Below, in pieces: positions 27,341 through 35,450 of a DNA stretch of 64,000 bases. Every line of letters starts with the position of its first letter. Positions within the stretch are counted from its first letter, which is position 1. The notes below the pieces were generated by a model, which saw only the letters and a program-made list of their open reading frames with translations, had not been told where the DNA came from and did no database searches. This stretch comes from an uncultured Acidobacteriaceae bacterium (lineage in GTDB: Bacteria; Acidobacteriota; Terriglobia; Terriglobales; Acidobacteriaceae). Location of the stretch: the NCBI GenBank assembly GCA_963705665.1, contig CAVPKQ010000050.1, forward strand, positions 3,580 to 67,579, written 5' to 3'. The position numbers were made by a program, and so were the translations under genes.

Positions 27341-27439
27341 GCGTTCAGTATGTCTGCCATTTCCCCGCAAATTGGATGCTCAGGGCGGATTCAGGTTACA
27401 CCGGGACGGCGAGTCTTCATCAGCTAGACTTGGAAGTGT

Positions 27440-30151
27440 ATGCCTCCTAGCTCTGGTTCCGATATACGAGAGACCTTTCTTCGCTTTTTTGAGTCGAAAG
27501 GGCACCGTCGCGTCCACTCCGCTTCGCTTGTCCCGGCAAATGATCCCACTCTGCTGTTCACCAACGCTGGAATGAACCAGTTCAAGGATGTTTTTCTTGG
27601 CGCGGAGCGGCGAGATTACACACGCGCCACCAGCTCGCAAAAGGTCGTTCGCGCCGGCGGTAAGCACAACGATCTGGAGAATGTCGGCTTCACCCGCCGC
27701 CACCATACCTTCTTTGAGATGCTGGGTAACTTCAGCTTTGGCGACTACTTCAAACGCGATGCCATCGCTTATGCCTGGGAACTGGTCACCTCACCCGACT
27801 GGTTCGCTATGCCTAAGGAGAGGCTGTATGTCACCATCTTCAAGGGCGAGCACGGGGTTCCCAGAGACGACGAAGCCTACGATCTTTGGCGCGGTCAAGG
27901 GATTCCTGCGGAACGAATTCACGAGTTAGGCATGAAAGATAATTTCTGGGCCATGGGCGATACTGGACCCTGCGGGCCATGCTCGGAGATTTTCTACGAT
28001 ATGGGGATTGCCGCCTCGGAGACGGGAGAAGACAAGCCTTTCGGCCAGGATGACTCCCGCTATGTGGAGATCTGGAATCTGGTCTTCATGCAGTTCGATC
28101 GCAATGCGCAAGGCGAACTGGACTTGCTGCCCAGCCCTTCCATCGATACCGGCGCCGGACTGGAACGCCTGGCTGCCGTGTTACAGGACAAGATTTCCAA
28201 CTTCGAGACCGACCTTTTCACGCCGTTGATCACCCGCGCCGCCGAGCTTACTCAAACCAAGTATCAGGAGGGCCAGACGCCTGGCGGCGCGTCGCTGCGC
28301 ATCATTGCCGACCATGCACGGGCGGCCACATTCCTCATCTCCGATGGCGTGCTCCCGGCAAATGAAGGCAGGGGATATGTTCTGCGCAAGATTCTTCGCC
28401 GCGGTATCCGCCATGGCCGATTGCTGGGCGAAGAAAAGCCGTTCATGTTTCAAATGACCTATGCGGTTCGCGACCAGATGCAATCCGCCTATCCGGAGCT
28501 CGCCGAAAGCGCCGGACGTGTCGCCAAGACGGTGCAGGCGGAAGAGGAACGCTTTGGGAGAACGCTGGCCCTGGGGTCCAAGCAACTGGATGCGGCTCTC
28601 GCTGACGCGCGCGGCTCGGGTAACCCTCCGCGGCTCGATGGCGCCGCAGCCTTTCACTTGTATGAGACCTTCGGCCTGCCGCTCGATTTCATGATCGATG
28701 CGGCGCGCGATCAGGGCATTGAATTCGATCTCACGGGCTTTGAGCGCGCGCGCGCGGAAGAGCAGGCACGCGCCCGCGCCTCCTGGAAAGGCGGCGCAAA
28801 GAGATCCGCCAGCCCGGTCTTCCGCGGATTGCCGAAGACCGTCTTCGAGGGCTACCGGCAGCTTACCTCGCGAGGCTGTGAAGTATTAGCCATCGTCAAA
28901 GACGGCGCCGGAGTCCCGCTGGCCCAACCCGGCGAGAGTGTCGAGATCGTGCTCGACCACACTGCATTCTATGCCGACTCGGGCGGCCAGGTGGGGGATG
29001 TTGGCTGGTTCTATTCCGCCGACCACAACACCGTGGTCGCCGATGTCCTCGGCTGTGTGCAGCCGGTGCAGGGTGTGCGCGCGCATAAGGTCTACGTGCG
29101 CCAACCGGTCAAGCTGGGCGATCACGTCGATACCGTCGTCGATACGGATTACCGCAACGCCACCCGCCGCAATCACACAGGCACGCATCTGCTCCACGCG
29201 GGATTGAGGGAAGTGCTGGGCAAGCATGTCAAGCAGGCGGGGTCTTTGGTCGATCCCACTCGCCTGCGCTTCGATTTCTCGCACTTCACCGCCGTAGCGG
29301 ATGAAGAATTGCAGGAGATCGAGGACCTCATCAATAGAGAAGTTCTCGCCAACACTCAGGTAGAGACTTTGGAAGACGTACCCATCGATGTTGCCGTAAA
29401 TGAGTATCATGCCATGGCTCTCTTCGGGGAAAAGTATGGCGAGAAGGTCCGCGTGGTAAAAATTGGCGACTTCTCCACCGAGCTCTGCGGCGGCACGCAT
29501 ACCGGCGCGACGGGAGAAATCGGCTTGATCAAGCTGATTGCCGAGGGCAGCGTCTCCTCCGGCGTGCGCCGGGTGGAAGCGCTCACCGGTTTGGGCGCGC
29601 TGAGTGAGTTCCGGCGAGACCAGGAAGTCGCCCAGCTTGCCGGCCAGGTAGCTGGCGCCGCGGGGCCCGATCTTTCCCCCGCCGACGCACTGCGCAGCAG
29701 GCTCGCCGCACAGGAGGATGAACTGAAGAGGCTGCGCCGCGAATTGGACCAGGCGCGCATGAAATCTGCCGCTTCTTCGGTTTCTTCCGCAACCAATCAA
29801 GCGGTGGATGTGGACGGAATCAAGGTTCTCGCCCAGCGGGTCGATGCGCTGGAGCGCGGTCAACTGCGCACCCTGGTCGACAATCTGCGCAACAAGCTCG
29901 GCTCGGGAGTCGTGGTTCTCGGTTCAGCACAACCGGATGGCAAGGTCGCCCTGGTGGTGGGCGTTACCCAGGACCTCGCCGCGCGCCTTCCCGCAGGAAA
30001 AATTATCGGACCGATGGCCAAGAAAGTAGGCGGCTCAGGCGGCGGCCGCGCTGATATGGCGGAGGCCGGCGGTAAGGACGCATCGGCCCTGAATGCCGCC
30101 CTGGCCAGCACCCCCGACGTGGTGCGCAGTCTGCTGGGGGATGCCGGCTAG
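27440..30151 (+). CDS. alaS: Alanine--tRNA ligase
   Basis: 903 aa. It has [10 protein letters not shown], the class II core, the HTGTHLLH editing-domain motif and a C-terminal DHHA1-like region. Confidence 0.97.
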   Translation: MPPSSGSDIRETFLRFFESKGHRRVHSASLVPANDPTLLFTNAGMNQFKDVFLGAERRDYTRATSSQKVVRAGGKHNDLENVGFTRRHHTFFEMLGNFSFGDYFKRDAIAYAWELVTSPDWFAMPKERLYVTIFKGEHGVPRDDEAYDLWRGQGIPAERIHELGMKDNFWAMGDTGPCGPCSEIFYDMGIAASETGEDKPFGQDDSRYVEIWNLVFMQFDRNAQGELDLLPSPSIDTGAGLERLAAVLQDKISNFETDLFTPLITRAAELTQTKYQEGQTPGGASLRIIADHARAATFLISDGVLPANEGRGYVLRKILRRGIRHGRLLGEEKPFMFQMTYAVRDQMQSAYPELAESAGRVAKTVQAEEERFGRTLALGSKQLDAALADARGSGNPPRLDGAAAFHLYETFGLPLDFMIDAARDQGIEFDLTGFERARAEEQARARASWKGGAKRSASPVFRGLPKTVFEGYRQLTSRGCEVLAIVKDGAGVPLAQPGESVEIVLDHTAFYADSGGQVGDVGWFYSADHNTVVADVLGCVQPVQGVRAHKVYVRQPVKLGDHVDTVVDTDYRNATRRNHTGTHLLHAGLREVLGKHVKQAGSLVDPTRLRFDFSHFTAVADEELQEIEDLINREVLANTQVETLEDVPIDVAVNEYHAMALFGEKYGEKVRVVKIGDFSTELCGGTHTGATGEIGLIKLIAEGSVSSGVRRVEALTGLGALSEFRRDQEVAQLAGQVAGAAGPDLSPADALRSRLAAQEDELKRLRRELDQARMKSAASSVSSATNQAVDVDGIKVLAQRVDALERGQLRTLVDNLRNKLGSGVVVLGSAQPDGKVALVVGVTQDLAARLPAGKIIGPMAKKVGGSGGGRADMAEAGGKDASALNAALASTPDVVRSLLGDAG

Positions 30152-30174
30152 CCCATTCGCATCGCCGCCAAACC

Positions 30175-30259
30175 GGGTGCCCCAGGTTCGCGAAGCTAAG
30201 CTGGGGCTTTTTCGCGATTCGTGGAATCCCAGGTCCCAGAGTCGGGACCTGGGGCACCC
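30175..30259. repeat. Repeat family D: partial direct copy plus inverted copy forming 12-bp inverted arms just after alaS
   Basis: gggtgccccagg (30175-30186) pairs with cctggggcaccc (30248-30259). The inner hairpin is cccaggtccc-agagtc-gggacctggg. The structure starts 24 nt after the alaS stop and may act as a terminator. Confidence 0.7.
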
Positions 30260-30283
30260 GGGATTTGTGGTCATCTTTTGGCA

Positions 30284-30332
30284 AACCGCAGATCTCTCCA
30301 CTCCGCTGCGCTCCGGTCGAGATGACAAAGTT
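30284..30332 (+). repeat. Repeat family B copy (aaccgcagatctctccactccgctgcgctccggtcgagatgacaaagtt)
   Basis: Near-identical to 34949-35000, 35341-35392 and 42812-42861, and to 34822-34869 in inverted orientation. It produces spurious ORFs reading ...ADLSTPLRSGRDDK... Confidence 0.85.
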
Positions 30333-30392
30333 ATTCATATTGTCTGTTTTCTATAAATATGAAACGATTAGAAATTCTGCTTGCCGGATGCT

Positions 30393-31154
30393 ATGCCAAA
30401 CTTCCCTTGTCACCACATCAGCTTAGTCACCGGCGCCAGCACGGGAATTGGCGCAGCGGCTGCCGCCGCTCTCGCGGAACGCGGATCCTGCGTCGCAGTG
30501 CATTATCGAGCCAATGAATCTGCCGCGAACCAGGTGGTCGAGCAAATCACCGAACGCGGCGGCCGAGCGTTCACCGTTCAAGCCGACTTGGCGAAAGAAG
30601 AATCGGCCGGCGATCTGGTGAATTTCGTGCTCACCCGGGGGAAGCGTCTGGATCTCCTGGTAAACAATGCCGGCTCTATCGTCCAGCGGCGCAAGCTGCT
30701 AGAGATTACCGATGAATTCTGGCGGGAAGTTATGGAAACCAATCTGGGAAGCGTTCTTCGCACCACGCGCGCCGCTGCTTCCGCAATGATCGAACAGGGC
30801 TCCGGCGTGATCGTCAATGTCGCTTCTGTCGCCGCGCGTAATGGAGGAAGCCTGGGCATCATCCCCTATGCTTCCGCCAAGGCCGCAGTTCTTTGCATGA
30901 CCAAGGGTCTGGCCAAGGAGTTGATCCCCCATGGCATTCGAGTGAATGCCGTCAACCCCGGCGTGATCGACACCCCTTTTCACCAGCGTTTCACCTCGGC
31001 GGCACAAATGAAAGCGCTGGTCGGCGGAATCCCCCAGAGCCGTCCCGGCAGAGCCGATGAAATTGCGGCGGTCATCGCCTTTCTGGCCAGCGAAGAGTCC
31101 TCTCATATCGTGGGCGAAACTATTGAAGTCAACGGCGGGATGTACATGGATTAG
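30393..31154 (+). CDS. Short-chain dehydrogenase/reductase (FabG-like)
   Basis: LVTGASTGIGAAAA cofactor motif, NNAG and the YASAKAAV catalytic tetrad region. Confidence 0.88.
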   Translation: MPNFPCHHISLVTGASTGIGAAAAAALAERGSCVAVHYRANESAANQVVEQITERGGRAFTVQADLAKEESAGDLVNFVLTRGKRLDLLVNNAGSIVQRRKLLEITDEFWREVMETNLGSVLRTTRAAASAMIEQGSGVIVNVASVAARNGGSLGIIPYASAKAAVLCMTKGLAKELIPHGIRVNAVNPGVIDTPFHQRFTSAAQMKALVGGIPQSRPGRADEIAAVIAFLASEESSHIVGETIEVNGGMYMD

Positions 31155-31213
31155 AGCGACCCGGCTTCCCTTTTCAAAACGTTTCATTTTCAGGTTTCGT
31201 TCTGCTCCTCCCT

Positions 31214-32506
31214 ATGCATCGCATTCGCAACCTTCGCTGGTGGATCGCCGGTCTCCTGGCTTGCGCTTCGGCGCTCAGCTATCTTGACCGGCAAAGCTTT
31301 CCTGTCGCAGTCACGGAGATCCAGAAGCACATCGCGATCTCCGACCGGCAATACTCAGTGCTGCAAATGCTGTTCCTTCTTGCCTACTCATTGATGTACG
31401 CGGGCGGGGGCAAACTCGCGGATTGGTTGGGAACCAGGTTAGGCTACTCCATCATCATTCTGTGGTGGTCGGCGGCCACCATCTTGCACGGCTTCGTCAG
31501 CAGCGTCTTTGGTCTGGGGATCGGACGTTTTCTTCTGGGATTAGGAGAGGGTGGAGGGTTTCCCTGCTCGGCGAAGGCTATATCCGAGTGGTTTCCGCCC
31601 GAAGACCGTGCATTCGCCTTTGGAATCTTCAACACCGGATCCAGTTTAGGAGCGGTTGCCGCCCCGCCTCTCATTGCCCTTATAATCCTGACCCTCAACT
31701 GGCGATGGGTCTTTTTTCTGACCGGAGCTTTGGGGCTGGTGTGGGCCTCGGCTTGGTGGTGGTTTTACGATCTTCCGCAAAACCACAAACTGATCGCGCA
31801 GGAGGATCGGGAGCAGATGCAGAAATTACTCGCCCCAGCAGAAATCGAGGATGGAGTAGCTTCCCAGCCTCGCATCTCCTGGCTTGGACTCTTCAGATAC
31901 CGGCAGGTGTGGGCGCTAATCTTGGCTAAATTCTTCACTGATGCCGCCTGGTTTTTCTTCATCTTCTGGCTGCCCAAATATCTTGTCGATGTGCGGCATC
32001 TCAACATCAAGCAGATCGGGTATTATGCCTGGATTCCTTATGCCTTAGCAGGCGCCGGAAGCTTTGTAGGCGGCTGGCTCAGCAGCATCCTTATCCGCCA
32101 CCATTTGACGCTTAATCTCTCCCGCAAGATTTGCCTGGGTGTGAGTGCCGCAATGATGCCGATTTCCCTCCTCATTGCTACATCCCCCCTCGGCCTGGCG
32201 ATCGCATTTTTCAGCATGGCTCTTTTTGGACACCAATTCTGGTCTACTATCCTGCAGACCCTCGCCGCCGACATATTCCCATCCGCGGTTGTCGGTTCGG
32301 TCGCTGGGCTGATGGGCGCCGTGGGCTCATTCGGAGCCATGCTCTTTGATTTACTGGTTGGCTCAATTCTCACCTATTCTCATAGTTATTCCTGGGTGTT
32401 TACTATCGCGGGCTTGCTCCATCCCCTCTCTTTCCTGCTCATTTTGCTGTTGATCCCCAGGATTGCGCCTGCCGTGAGCCGGAGGAACGCGCCCCAGACG
32501 CTCTGA
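31214..32506 (+). CDS. MFS transporter (hexuronate/acid-sugar ExuT-like)
   Basis: IRNLRWWIAGLLACASALSYLDRQSFPVA, 12 hydrophobic segments, and GRFLLGLGEGGGFP (MFS motif A-like). Confidence 0.88.
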   Translation: MHRIRNLRWWIAGLLACASALSYLDRQSFPVAVTEIQKHIAISDRQYSVLQMLFLLAYSLMYAGGGKLADWLGTRLGYSIIILWWSAATILHGFVSSVFGLGIGRFLLGLGEGGGFPCSAKAISEWFPPEDRAFAFGIFNTGSSLGAVAAPPLIALIILTLNWRWVFFLTGALGLVWASAWWWFYDLPQNHKLIAQEDREQMQKLLAPAEIEDGVASQPRISWLGLFRYRQVWALILAKFFTDAAWFFFIFWLPKYLVDVRHLNIKQIGYYAWIPYALAGAGSFVGGWLSSILIRHHLTLNLSRKICLGVSAAMMPISLLIATSPLGLAIAFFSMALFGHQFWSTILQTLAADIFPSAVVGSVAGLMGAVGSFGAMLFDLLVGSILTYSHSYSWVFTIAGLLHPLSFLLILLLIPRIAPAVSRRNAPQTL

Positions 32507-32551
32507 TCCTGATCTGTATTCGCATCCTTTGGGAATAGCGCTGCGATAGGA

Positions 32552-32590
32552 AAAGCAGATTCCCTTCGGGAATGACAGAAAGAAAGGCAA
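32552..32590 (+). repeat. Repeat family A copy (identical to 19252-19290)
   Basis: 39/39 nt identity. It lies in the convergent intergenic region between the MFS and DUF2961 genes. Confidence 0.85.
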
Positions 32591-32611
32591 CCTCTCGATG
32601 TGGCGAGCAGA

Positions 32612-34828
32612 TCACCGGCGGCTCTTTGGAGTGATGAAGCAGTAAGCGGTGTATTTGATTTCACTCCAGGCCCGTTCGCCGACAGGATAGCCGGGAAACA
32701 AGGGCCGGTCGACCGGCGTGAACCTGACCCGCACCCAAATCGACTTTTTGCCCTGTGTGAGGCTGCGCGGGATGAGGAATTCATCGTCGCGGAATCTACG
32801 ATTCGAAGTCTCGACTTTGTGTTCCGTGGCTCCCAACTCCTGCTTCGGATTGGAGTAGACCACCGTATTCGAGCCGGCGAGATACCAGGTGCCTGCCAGC
32901 TTCCATCCCGATCTGGACTTACCCGCGACATACACTTCTGCCCGCTGATCGGCAAAGGAGTAATCGAGCTTACGGCGAAGAAGCACCCCTAAGTTATCGG
33001 GACGAAGAGCAAGACGAAACTCCGAAGTGCCCTTGGTCGTGCGTCCCGTGTCCTGTTCCTCTGGGTAGATCACTTTGCCGTTCAGGGTATCGACTCCCCA
33101 TTCATAGCGAGATGAAATCTTGTATGGCAAGGAAGCCTGGGGCGAGGAGTAGCCGTGGTCATGCTCAGACGCTGGATCTCCGATCTGCAACTGATCGGTC
33201 TGGACCAGCGAGGGCGACGGGAGGCCGTACCAGTAGGCGATAGTTTCATAGTGTTCAGTCGATTCATTCGTACCGCCATGCTCCAGACGGATGACCGCGT
33301 TCTTTCCAAAGGGCATGAGGTCGGCCAGCAGATAACGATAGGCGGACTCAATCTTGTCTTCATCGTTCACGGCAACCTGTGCCGAGCGAGCGCCAACCGG
33401 ATGTCCCGCGAAGGCCAGGCTCATGTTTAAGCCGCCCCAATAATCTCCTCCGCCGCCCCATTCTTCAGTCCCGGTACCCTGAGCCTGGGGCGTGAGGCTG
33501 TCATCGAAAAAGAATCGGGGATCGCCTTCGAGCGTGCGCAAATATGCGTTGTGAGAAAAGATGAACGACGTGCCCACAAAGCTTCCCGACCACTCCTTGG
33601 CGCCCTCCACACCTCGCGTATCGAGGAGCACCATGTCTTCTCCAAGCACCGGATGCGGGATGTCGCGGTACGTCGCGTGAAAGTAGGCAAGATGATTCGC
33701 AGGTTCATGCAATGGCATGTACCGGACGCCCCAGTCGACTCCGTCGATGGCTTGGCCGGCGCCCGAAAGCTCGATGCGCGCGGAGTGGAAAAACGGCATG
33801 GGGAAATAGCAAGCAAAATATATCCGGTCGCTGGCGAAGCGAATGCTCACTGGAAACGCCTTGACCAGATACTCCCGGTTATCCCGGTTGTAGAGAGTGC
33901 CCGCGCCATAAAAAAGCGCGATGGGAGCATCGATTGACGGTTGCTGCCTTCCATCCCAGGTCACGCGCAGACGAACGTCTTTGAACGCATCAGCCTGATC
34001 GCGCGGAATGGAGAAGGTCAAGGCGCGAATCACCGCCTTTCCGCTCAAATTCGCTACAGTGACAGAGTCCTTCGCGGGAATCTTCAGCCTTCCGCTAACC
34101 TGTTTGGCTCCTGTCTTGGGGGCAATGTCCGTGCCCGCTTTGGAGATAAGATCGAGCACATCCCGGTCGGGGACCATGCTCTCATTCCAGCTCTGAAGTG
34201 GGTGCGAGAGCGGAGTTCCCGGCACAAACCGGTCGTAGATGTAATACCCGGTTCCGTAATGAGTCCGGGTATAGGCCATTTGAAAGCTGCGCTCGAAAGC
34301 AATCGGAGTCCAGACAAGGTCGGCCCCTTTTGTTGTCGCCCAAGTCTCATTCAGTGGACTCGGAAAGGCGGCCAAGGGAAGGAATGTGGAATTAGGCGCC
34401 GGGTGCAGCGGGTCGGCGGTGCTGCTCTCCTGAACCAGATTGTCCTTTCCGTCGACCACATAATGCCAAGGGCTTCCGTGCCAATGGTTGTAGCGGCTGA
34501 ACAACAAAATTCCCGGGCCTTCCAGATCAAGCGTCACATTGAAGTCGTCGGAGAGCTGATAAAGAAAATGCGATGCATCGGCGCCTTCATTGCCGCCGGC
34601 CCTGTCGTAGGTGCTGCGCATGTAGGCACGCATTCCGATCCGCTGATCGGCCCATTGGTCCCAAGCCCGATAGGCATCGAGCCCTACAGGAATGGGAGGG
34701 GGCTGCTGCGCCGCGCGAGCAATCCCAGCCGAAAGCAATACCGCGCAGCAGCAGAGGCATCCTGAGAGCGAGTTGGATCTGGCGTGGGATTGCGAAAGCT
34801 TCATTGGCAATTTCATCTTATTTGTCAT
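32612..34828 (-). CDS. DUF2961 domain protein (GH172-like), secreted
   Basis: N-terminal signal-like segment (LSGCLCCCAVLLSAGIARAAQ). The DUF2961-type motif is LEGDPRFFFDDSLTPQAQGTGTEEWGGGGDYWGG. The start is ambiguous (34804/34816/34828), and the outermost option lies inside a repeat. Confidence 0.7.
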   Translation of the reverse strand: MTNKMKLPMKLSQSHARSNSLSGCLCCCAVLLSAGIARAAQQPPPIPVGLDAYRAWDQWADQRIGMRAYMRSTYDRAGGNEGADASHFLYQLSDDFNVTLDLEGPGILLFSRYNHWHGSPWHYVVDGKDNLVQESSTADPLHPAPNSTFLPLAAFPSPLNETWATTKGADLVWTPIAFERSFQMAYTRTHYGTGYYIYDRFVPGTPLSHPLQSWNESMVPDRDVLDLISKAGTDIAPKTGAKQVSGRLKIPAKDSVTVANLSGKAVIRALTFSIPRDQADAFKDVRLRVTWDGRQQPSIDAPIALFYGAGTLYNRDNREYLVKAFPVSIRFASDRIYFACYFPMPFFHSARIELSGAGQAIDGVDWGVRYMPLHEPANHLAYFHATYRDIPHPVLGEDMVLLDTRGVEGAKEWSGSFVGTSFIFSHNAYLRTLEGDPRFFFDDSLTPQAQGTGTEEWGGGGDYWGGLNMSLAFAGHPVGARSAQVAVNDEDKIESAYRYLLADLMPFGKNAVIRLEHGGTNESTEHYETIAYWYGLPSPSLVQTDQLQIGDPASEHDHGYSSPQASLPYKISSRYEWGVDTLNGKVIYPEEQDTGRTTKGTSEFRLALRPDNLGVLLRRKLDYSFADQRAEVYVAGKSRSGWKLAGTWYLAGSNTVVYSNPKQELGATEHKVETSNRRFRDDEFLIPRSLTQGKKSIWVRVRFTPVDRPLFPGYPVGERAWSEIKYTAYCFITPKSRR

Positions 34829-35392
34829 CTTGACCGGAGCGCAGCGAAGTGGAGAGATCTGCGGTTTCCACAGAACTCTCAGCTCCGTCGAAAATCATCC
34901 TGCAAAACCTGGGTGCCCCATATCTGGCGCGCTCTTTGCGCCAGATGTGGGAAACCGCAGATCTCTCCACTTCGCTGCGCTCCGGTCGAGATGACAAAGG
35001 CAGGTGTAGTTGCCGACCAAGCCTTCCTCAGCCCGATTTTCACCCCCTTGGGTGGGCCGCAGGCCTATAAGCGCTAACTTAAGGCTTCGCTGAGGCAATT
35101 CCACTAATTGCAACCGCTACGGATGGGTAATCAAATTAGATTCCGCACAAAATAAAGGGGTTAGCTCCGCCTATCTTAGCGCCTATGGGCCGCAGGCCCA
35201 TGAACACTCTGTCGAAAATCATCTCAGGACATCCTGGTGCCATCGGTTATGGTCTCCCACTCTGATCTGTTTGAAGTATGGATCCAAAACCACCACCAAT
35301 CGAGGTGCCCCATATCTGGCGTCCCTTCTGCGCCAGATGTGGGAACCGCAGATCTCTCCACTCCGCTGCGCTCCGGTCGAGATGACAAAGTT
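34822..35392. repeat. Repeat-packed intergenic region: family B inverted copy, two composite C+B elements, and an extra inverted pair
   Basis: B inverted copy at 34822-34869. One composite element spans 34887-35000 (gtcgaaaatcatcctgcaaaacc + hairpin CCCCATATCTGGCGC-gctcttt-GCGCCAGATGTGGG + B). A second composite spans 35211-35245 plus 35304-35392. An inverted pair gggccgcaggcctataagcgctaa / ttagcgcctatgggccgcaggccc lies at ~35052-35199. Confidence 0.85.
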
Positions 35393-35450
35393 AGGTGTAA
35401 TGGCCAACCAAGCCTTCCTCAACTCGATTTTCATCCTCCTGAGTGAGGTG

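Noticed and set aside
30093-30356. Small ORFs with the recurring peptide ...ADLSTPLRSGRDDK... (also 34849..35070, 35237..35446, 42490..42954), which could be mistaken for a conserved small-protein family.
   Set aside because: The shared peptide is simply the translation of repeat family B. The flanks differ, copies occur in both orientations, and there are no RBS or start-codon contexts.
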